Assembly (NCBI GenBank): GCA_964019335.1
Contig: OZ025655.1
Location: forward strand, 744,001-808,000
Origin: Diplonema japonicum
Taxonomy: Eukaryota; Protista; Euglenozoa: Diplonemea
Direction: 5' to 3'
Length of the DNA: 64,000 nucleotides
In this document: positions 11,478 to 19,976 of the stretch, piece after piece
Numbering within the stretch: position 1 is the first letter of the stretch
How the letters are laid out: the number at the start of each line of letters is the position of its first letter
The notes under the pieces: model-generated
What the model was told of the DNA's origin: nothing
The model's input: only the letters and a program-made list of their open reading frames with translations
Database searches by the model: none
Translations under genes and position numbers: made by a program

Positions 11478-12893
11478 TCACAGCGTGTACTGTGCCATCC
11501 AGGCCCTGTCGATCCAGTCCTTCAGATCCCACAACCAGCCTGCAGAAGTGGCCATGGTACCGCGTGAAGCAACACAGTTCCCAGGATAACCTGTGCCGAA
11601 GAGGCCAAGGAATGAAGTTGGCGGGACGAACGCAACGGGCGGGGGTGTGGGTGTCACAAGATGCCCCTTCAGGTTGGCAGTCAGCGGCGGACCCTCACGC
11701 ACTGCAAAGACACCCGCTTTGGCAACGCGTGCTGGCAAACTGGCACAGTCACCTGCAGCATACACATCACCGTGCGAAGTAGACTGCATGAACTGGTTCA
11801 CCTTCACAAAGCCATCCTCGAGCTCCAGCTTTGTCTCCCGCAACCACTCCCCTGTGCCTGCATCAGTGCACCACAAGCACGCATCACACTTCACTTTCCC
11901 CCCGTCTTTCATGATCAGCGAGTCATCTGTGGTGCTTGCGGCCTCGCCGTGAACAACAGTGATCCCCCTCCTCGCGTACTCCTTGGCCATCTCTCCCCTG
12001 GCGGCTTTGCAGTGGTTGGGGAGGAGGTCACCTGACTTCGAGACCAGCATGACATCGACAAGGGAAGGGTCACCGTTCTTGGCAGTAATCTCCCTCACAA
12101 GGCGTGCCTCCATTGAGAGCGTCATTTCCGCGCCGCTCCCACCGCTGCCCACCACCGCAAGGGCGAAGTGCTTCCCGTTGCAGACGTCAGTCACAATCCT
12201 GTCAAGGAGGCCGCGCCACTTCATGTCGAGGCTGTCGATGGGCTTCACAGGGATTACCTTTTTGCTGTCAATGGCGCATCTGGGCGTGGAACCGATGTCG
12301 ATGGACAGCACGTCGTAGGTGCATGTGCCCTGCGAACCATCTGCCTTGTAGGTGACGGTCTTGCTGTCGGTGTCGATGTGGGTTGCTTCTGCCAAAATGA
12401 GCTTGATGCCTGCTGCCTGGCAAAGACTCACTAGATTGAGATGGCACTCCTCAAAAGTGTAGACGCCAGCGATGTAGCCGGGCAGCATCCCGGAGTACGG
12501 GGTGAGGGGCGTCTTTGTGATGAGCACGACTTCCGTGTTGCTGATGGGGTTTGTGTAGAAATCTTTTAAGGTGTAGGCGTGGGAGTGCCCGCCTCCGATG
12601 AGGACCAAACGCTTTCCATTGCCTTCAGTGATGCCACCAGAGCCGCGGCCTGTGTCAACGTGCGTGATGGCACCATCGAGACGCCTGGTTCTCTCCAGAG
12701 AGAGCACGAATTGGATCTCCTTTTGTGTCGCCCACCACGAGCCGCCCTCACACCTGAGCATGGAGTACCCTGCACGCATTCTGAGCACATCCAGCTCCAG
12801 CCTCACCCTTGGGAACATGCATGCAAGAACTAGCCCCAGTGCTCCAGTCCCTGCCACCTTCCATGCGTTCATATTCTTATGCTCCATTTGCAC
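11478..12893 (-). CDS. FAD/NAD(P)-dependent pyridine nucleotide-disulfide oxidoreductase of the type usually fused to SelD (NDH-2/AIF-like fold)
   Basis: LVLIGGGHSH, TPYSGMLPGYIAG, YDVLSIDIGSTP, IPVKPI, VVGSGGSGAE, AAGDCA, KAGVFAVREGP and WLWDLKDWIDRAWM. N-terminal hydrophobic extension. Confidence 0.85.
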   Translation of the reverse strand: MQMEHKNMNAWKVAGTGALGLVLACMFPRVRLELDVLRMRAGYSMLRCEGGSWWATQKEIQFVLSLERTRRLDGAITHVDTGRGSGGITEGNGKRLVLIGGGHSHAYTLKDFYTNPISNTEVVLITKTPLTPYSGMLPGYIAGVYTFEECHLNLVSLCQAAGIKLILAEATHIDTDSKTVTYKADGSQGTCTYDVLSIDIGSTPRCAIDSKKVIPVKPIDSLDMKWRGLLDRIVTDVCNGKHFALAVVGSGGSGAEMTLSMEARLVREITAKNGDPSLVDVMLVSKSGDLLPNHCKAARGEMAKEYARRGITVVHGEAASTTDDSLIMKDGGKVKCDACLWCTDAGTGEWLRETKLELEDGFVKVNQFMQSTSHGDVYAAGDCASLPARVAKAGVFAVREGPPLTANLKGHLVTPTPPPVAFVPPTSFLGLFGTGYPGNCVASRGTMATSAGWLWDLKDWIDRAWMAQYTL

Positions 12894-12909
12894 GAAGAAG
12901 CTGGGATGA

Positions 12910-13977
12910 CACTAAACAATGAGACGGGGGGGGGGGGGGGGGGGGAGGGGGGGATAAATCAGGTTGTGTGCATTTGACTGTGAATAAGGATAGATCAATA
13001 CCGAAAACGAAAAAGAGGGGGGGGGGGGGGAAGAGAGAAATCTTCACCCCTCCAGGTTTCGTTTCGCAAGTTTTTTTTTGTGTGAGAAAACTAAATTATA
13101 CCCCCTTCACGAATCTTCCTCCTTTAAAAAAAGAAATCTTGTTTTACTTGAATGGAGGTGGGGAAAATGGCGCAAAATGGACTGGTGCATCTAATAAACA
13201 AAACGTGACCTTCCTGGTTGCGCTTATCGTCCAATTTAAAGATTTCCGTTTTTTTTTTTTTTTTTTTAAAGAAAAGCTGTAAGAAAAAAAGAGAGAAAAA
13301 AAAAGAAGCAGCACAAGGCGGCACAAGGTTAGCAAACTGTCCTGAGGCGCTCTTCTTTTTTGTTCAAAAAAAGATCGCTATGATGGGGTGGGGTGGGGGT
13401 GAAAAAGTTTCTATATTTTTGGTTTTTTCTCTTTGTTAGGAGACTTTTTCTTGCGCGGCGGGGTGGCGGGGTGGGGAACGGGGGCTTGTTCGGGATCCTG
13501 ATCCTTTTCCCTCCCGATTTTCTCGTACCAGCCTTCGGGGTTTGGGTCTGTAAAGATCACCTGCTTGACTTTGTGTTTGCTGATATAATCTACACAATCG
13601 TCGCAGGGTCGAGACTGCACGAAATCCTGTTTTTTTTTTCTTTTCTTTTTTTTTTCTTTTTTTTTCCCCACACCTTCTCGTCAGTTTCGTCAGGGATGCG
13701 CACTACTAGCATTATGCAAGAGGGAATGAGCTTCTTCTGCTTGCAGTTCCTGAGGCATGCTACCTCTGCATGCACAGAGTAACCTTCACTAGCCTGGTAA
13801 AAGACAATACTGAGGGTGCTTACCGTTCAAAGAAGAAAAGCGATTGTACCCCTTAGCAATAACCTTGCCCCTGTGGAGCAGCAGGGCACCGTGCTTCTTC
13901 CTCATTGGGGACTTTCTCGCTTCGGTGGCTGCGATTTCAAGGAAGTCAGAAAGTCCGTCGATTTTCATTTTTTTTCT

Positions 13978-14013
<36 letters not shown>

Positions 14014-15250
14014 AACTTTTATCCCTGAAAAAAATTTATTTTGTAGGGAAAGAAAGGGGGGAAAATTTTTTTTTAAAAGAAGAATGTCTTAAGTTGCCTC
14101 TAAAAATCATTGATTTCTTTTCTACGCTAACGTATGTTGCTTCCCTTCTGTGCAGAGGGATGCATGGCTGTGGTCTGGTGGACTTCACTCTAATAGGTTG
14201 TTGTTCTCCGCAAATTTTCACATGTCCTGTTATGGGATAGGTTGTCGTACAGGTCTCGCAACTTGGGGTGCAAACACTTCTGTTGACCGCCATTCACCCG
14301 TAGCCATCTTTCTGATCCACTTTTCTTGTCATAGTACACAAGCCCAAGCCGGTGGTATATGACACTTGTTACTGTGATAGAGCGATGCCCGCCTTCGGTA
14401 GCATTGTCCTCAACATTGTTGGTACCGCCGTCGGCCATACCCCAGTCCTCTTAAAAAAATCTTCATCTTTAACATTTTTTTCTCTTCTCGTTGCGTCTCT
14501 TTTTCCACTTCTTCTCGCACTGCTTTCTCGCCAAGAGCAGCAGTGCCCTATCCATGGATTCAGGTGCAATTTTGGTAAGCAATTTTGTAATTTCGGTGTT
14601 CATTCTACCCACCCTCCCCCCTTTGGTTTTCTTTTCAATAATACAAAGGAATATTAACAAAGAGAAAATAAGAACTTAGATTGTGAAAGAGATATGAAGA
14701 AAAAAAAAAAAGGGGAGAGAGAAGAAGGGGGAAAAACAAAAAAAGATGCATTTTTTGAAGGTGTTTTCGCGCCAACCAGCTTGTCCAGAGAGTAACAATC
14801 TGTATGTAGACATGGCCCACTCGTATAAACATTAGGAACCAGCCGTAAGGCCCGAACAGAACAGGGGCAGGCTAACCATTCCTGTAAATTGGGCTTAAGA
14901 AACAAGTAGTAATATGTTTCGTGCCAGTGCAGCGCAGAGAGTTGTGAAGGGGGGGTTTAAGAAAAAGAAGAAAAAAAAAACATCAAAACAAAGAGGGGGG
15001 GGATATCACAGAGGAATAGTCAAGTGGGAAAAAAAAAAAAAAGAGAGAGAGAGAAGACAGCGAGCACACACCCTCTCCCCCCTCCCTCTCTTTTCATTCT
15101 TTATTATAAAAGTTTTTTTTTTCTTTCTTCAAAAAAAAAGACAACATACATAACCAGAGATAGGAAATAAAACAAAATAAGAAAAAAAAAACGGACAGCA
15201 ACTATAATACCCCCCCCCCCCCGTCCTCCTTATGACTCCACCCTGCCTTA
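12910..15250. repeat. Homopolymer-rich low-complexity island containing the deaminase gene
   Basis: Multiple A, T, G and C runs of 10-30 nt (for example G near 12926-12953 and T at 13981-14009). Confidence 0.8.
13411..13968 (-). CDS. Zn-dependent cytidine/dCMP-deaminase-fold protein with an internal frame discontinuity (+1 frameshift or atypical 40-nt intron)
   Basis: ORF1 13968-13789 reads MKIDGLSDFLEIAATEARKSPMRKKHGALLLHRGKVIAKGYNRFSSLNGKHPQYCLLPG*. The +1 frame reads YQASEGYSVHAEVACLRNC...MLVVRIPDETDEK. Intron 13627-13673 is followed by DFVQSRPCDDCVDYISKHKVKQVIFT. The HAE and PCxxC Zn motifs are intact. Confidence 0.85.
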
Positions 15251-15251
15251 A

Positions 15252-17659
15252 CTAAATAGGGGGCAAGGTGACCCCTGATGGGAGTGAAGTTTCTTTGTCG
15301 GCTTTATTGGATACGCTGGGTGCAGTGCATTTCTTAGCAGAGATGGCAGGGGTGGAAGGGTTACGTTGTGGTGCTCGGGCTTCTTTAGTTTCCTTGACTT
15401 CAGCAGTTTCGGGGTCAGGAGCCTCGGGTCTCCGCGATACTTTTGGCTTAAGTCGCATGCTAAGCAGAACCCTTAGGATGGATACAAAGTTCGCAATACG
15501 GCCATTCACGATGTCGGCTCTCCGTGCTATGACCTTTTCGACCCTCTCGTTTCGGAGCCTTGTGGTGAGCAGCAGCCATGAGTTGATTGCATAACTCTGC
15601 TGCAGCCGCTTTTCAGCAGCTTCCAACATTTCAAGCTTCACGCGGAGGTCGTTGCAGTTCTTCTTCTTCTTGCACAGTTCTTTGAGCAGGAACTCGATGC
15701 GGTCTGCCTTGAACACGGCCCACCCCTCTTGCGGGTGCTCTCCCAGCATCGCCACGATCGCCTTCAGGGTCGACTCAAAGTGCTTCGGTCTCCACTGGAA
15801 CCTCGTCAGCCGCGGCAGCAGCGAGTTTGCTATGTGCATCTGCAACATTGGGTTCTTTACAAAATCATCTACTTTGCTGATTTCATTAAACACGAATATG
15901 GACCCCAGCATGGCGGCATACGTCTGTTGGTGTTATTATTGTAGTGTTCTGCATCATACCATATCCCGTGCACCCGCCACAGCGCTCTCTAGTATCGTCT
16001 TCTGTACAAACTCTTTATTCTTTTTGTAGCTCGGCACCACGCTCTCCCCGCAGCTCACCACGAGGTCATACATCATCAGCGTCCTATGCTGTGCGGGAAC
16101 TGCCTCCGCCATCGACAGACTCACCATCCACCTGTGTGCGTGGTGTGCGGTGTGTGCCATACTTGATCACTTCCATGTTACACGTCTTCACGTTTGCCGG
16201 CCACCCGTCCAGCCCCCTTAGATGCTTGATGGTCTGTGTTTTTTTTTTCTTTTTCTTCCCTCCGCGTGGTGCATACCAACGTAGCATAATCCTGCACAGT
16301 GGATGAGAAGCATGTAAATGCGGCACACACGACAGGGAAGGCATGCACCCATTGGTGGCTTGCCAGCACGTTGATCTCCAGTGGGGTGTCCTGTGTGGTG
16401 TGTATGTGTGTGATACCCCATACCAGGAGGAGGTACATCCACCTGAGCTTCACAAGGTGGTCCGTGTTTGTGGTCTTGTGAGGGAAAGGGAGGGTTTGCA
16501 GGTGGGTGGACATGGACAGGATGTCAGCGTCAGCAAGCTGAAGGACGTTGAGCACTTCAGCAGAGTAGTTTGAGAAACAGGTATGTGTCCTGAGGGGCGG
16601 GTGGTGCGCCAGCAGGATTGTGAGGGCCTCGAGTGATGCCGACGTGGACATGGTGAGAAGCGGGGCCAGCACGCAGCTAGGCTCAGGGTGCGCGCTGATG
16701 GCGTCCCCAATGTCTTGCTGCCGTGCGGCCTTCACGTCGGACACCGCTCGCGCTACGCCTTTCTTCTTCTTCCCAAGACGCGCCTCTCGTGCTTCTTGCA
16801 CAAGGTACCCGGTCTCCAACCATTTTAGAACGGATTTCTGTCCCTCCAAACACACCTCCTCCTCCTTGTCGAGGAGGTAGGGGAGGACCTTGGCGAGGGT
16901 GTTGATGGACCGGTCGAAGTCATATGGAGTGTCGGGAGGAGAGGCTGCAGAGGGGTTTTGTGCCCACTCGACAAGGCATGGGGGGTATGCCATCTGGGAG
17001 AAGTACGCGGAGAGTGCAGTGCACAGCCATGCGTTGACCTCATGGCGCTTGTCGACATTGTGGATGAGGCGGCGGTTCTCCACATACTCCCTGCTGAAGG
17101 GGTCACGCCACCTGTTGTTCACGATGGTGTGCTTGCTGACGGTACGGCCGGAGGTGGGCAACACGACAGGGTCCACAAAAAGCGTGAAGTCAATAGGATC
17201 GCACAGCGTCTCGGGGATCGGCAACGCCCACTCGTCATCAGCAAGGTCGCTGAAGAGCGTCTGCAGCGGCATGATGGGCATCGACCCAGAGAACAGCCGC
17301 ATCTTCTTCCGTTTCTTCTCAAGCTTTGCTTTCTCTTGCTTGAAGAGAGACTTGTAATACGCGTCCATAGGGTGGTCCCAGATGCTCTCCCCTGTGCGCA
17401 TATTAAAGTAGTAAACTTCTCTGTCTTCAGTGTAGCAGATCTTCCAGTACTCAGGGAGGGGTGCCTTAAGGGCCTCTCTAGCTATCCAGGTCAAGGCCTT
17501 TTCTCTATCGACGTCCATGCCCAGCCACTCGCAGTACTCCGTGATCTCCTGTTCGCTGGGATCGTATTCATCATCTTCCATCTGATACTCATCTACACTG
17601 CGCGATTCTTCATCATCCCCACTGCGTTCATCCTCGGGGGAGGGGCTTCTGTCATCCAT
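15252..17659 (-). CDS. WW domain (CEP164-N-like) + U-box protein, putative E3 ubiquitin ligase
   Basis: YDPSEQEITEYCEWLGMD...WIAREALKAPLPEYWK...YYFNMRTGESIWDHP, then U-box IPETLCDPIDFTLFVDPVVLPTSGRTV...DPFSRE. Introns 16391-16423, 16234-16276, 16132-16162 and 15924-15959 (all GTATG...CAG) link it to ORF 15252..15911. Confidence 0.85.
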
Positions 17660-18172
17660 GCCCTGAGGTGGTGTGATGGAGGGAAGAAGAAGAAGGAAAA
17701 ATATAAAATAAAACGGGGGGGTAAGTCCGTGCAAGGTGCCCAACAGGGGGAAAAAAAATTCAACTTAACATGCAAGCTCCCTGAGACGAAAGCCGCATGC
17801 CCTAAAAAAGGGGAGGTGGTATGGCCAGTACTAGGTATCTCTCAGTTTCGGACATATCTCGCGACTCCTCCAGGTGCTGTCCTCTTCAGGCGAGAGGCAC
17901 CCTTCGATGGCTCCTACTAGCGTCCCAGCAGGTTGGAGAGTACTTTTCCCGACCAAAAGAAATATGAAACCAATTCAATTGACAGTGCCATGTCCTTTGC
18001 GCTCGCCTACGCTCATTGGTAGTCGTAAAGAAGAAAAAGGGGGGGAAGGAGAAAAAGAAATGCAAAAATCACCCCCACAATAAAGCATTGCAGATGCAAG
18101 CACTGCTGTGATGTATAATGTATTTATCTTCCTCTTTTTTTTTTTAAAAAAAATTAATATTCGTGCGATGTT

Positions 18173-18220
<48 letters not shown>

Positions 18221-18696
18221 GAAAATCATTTAGAAAAAAACAAAAGGGGTAAACCATTAGCTTTTTTTTTTTGTAACTATGAATGTGTGGATTGGAAACG
18301 AAGTGGTTAGCAACGGCCCACCTGAAAACAAGAAGGATTCATATGCTATCCGTCACCCTTTCCCTTTTTTTTCTTCTTCTTCACATCTTGTTCATTTCTT
18401 CCCACACATGCAAACACGAGCGCTAAGGTAAAGCTATGTGGATCTTGTTTTTTTCTCTTCTTTTTCTTTTCTTTCTTCCCTCCCCATAACAAAATAAAAT
18501 AAAATAAAATTAACGAGGGGGGGGGGGGGTTTCCCTTCTTTTTTTTAAAAAAATTAAAAAGGATATGTCCCACCTCCCCTTTAATTTTTTTACTCATTCC
18601 CGCGGTTTGTTCTTTACGAAACCCGACTGAAAACGAGAAGAAAAAAAAAAGGAGGGAGAAAAGTAACAAGAAAGAATGTGTGCGGTAACTAACCTA

Positions 18697-18714
18697 TTAA
18701 CTATCATCGCCCTC

Positions 18715-18746
<32 letters not shown>

Positions 18747-19899
18747 CATCATAAATACTATCGAAAGCACCATAGCTATAGCCATACGCACAAACATCAT
18801 CTGTATGCTGGACAAGGGTAGCTGGTACCCAAAGGAGGCTCTCTGCTGTTTGCACGTGTACTTCGTTGCAAAGGAGGTCCACTGCCTCGACCCGGCAAAC
18901 GGCGCCAGCAAGGTGCACCAACCGATCAGGTAGCGTGGATCGATCTCTTGTGATTACTACTATGTCGCCCTCCTCGAAGGAGTGCACGGCGGCTATCACT
19001 GGTGCCCCGAACCAGTCCCATCTGCAGAAGTTGAAGACGTTCAACAGGCAGTCGTACGGCAGCAGGTTCAGTGTTGTGGTTTTTTTTTCTTGCCTCCACC
19101 GCACCAGTTGGTCCCGCATCCCTCTCGGCATCAACGGTACTTCCTCATCCCTCTCGAACTCTTCCCCACCCATCGCCATGAAGTCTTCTAGCACATAGCA
19201 TCGCTGGAACCCCAACATCACTGATTTCACTTGTTCATTGAAAAGTCCCGGGTACATCCTAGCATGCCCAGGTGTCCACAATTTGTATCTCGCTCCATAG
19301 GTGAGCTTTCCCACAAACTCCCTGTCCCGCCTCCACCCGATGTGCCCCCATGGTGCATGCTTCTCAAATGGCTTGCTGTTCAGATGTGCCAACCCTGTCG
19401 AGACGTGTATGAACCTGTCATGGTTCGTGTGCTGCGGCCGTTTGTCGTCGTACACGATGGCTGTGTCGTTGGGAAGCTTCGAGTGGATGTAGACACCGAT
19501 CGTCTCCCCAGAGCGGATCTTCACAGGTTCAGGCAGCGTGAGGCACGACAGGTCGTGAGGTGAAGGAGGGTGCATTTTTTCGTATATTTTCTCCCATGCA
19601 TCCTTCATTTCATGCTTGCTTTCGAACCCTTCGGGGGTCACCCACACAGTGAGGTGGCCCAGCTCCCCTCGCACCCACACCTCCTGCACTTCTATGAACT
19701 CGACAGGCAGGTCAGTCTTTGCTGTCAGGTTGAACATCACACCTGAAAATGTATGATCCATGTAGTCCTTTGTAGCTACGGAGTACGTTTCTGTCACTGT
19801 GTACTCGGCCACCTTCTTGATGAAGGGCGACGTTATTGACATTGTCCTGGGGAAGGCGTCCTCGTCGGGGACACCATACTCATCGCATTCGCCGTACAT
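18697..19899 (-). CDS. Hypothetical protein: beta-rich N-domain, SH3/KOW-like C-domain and poly-Asp tail
   Basis: Long ORF with coding-like codon use. FEEGDIVVIT...AVCRVEAV...WVP resembles an SH3-like barrel. (GAT)n acidic tail. Confidence 0.7.
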
Positions 19900-19976
19900 C
19901 GATCCTGCAGTGTGTGTTGTGCAGCAGCAGATGCAGTTGGGAATGAAGAAAAATACAGCGCAGTGATAACGGCGCA

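Noticed and set aside
11478-11480. TGA of the SelD-associated oxidoreductase as a selenocysteine or readthrough codon
   Set aside because: No SelD-like sequence follows in any frame and I could not recognise a SECIS element.
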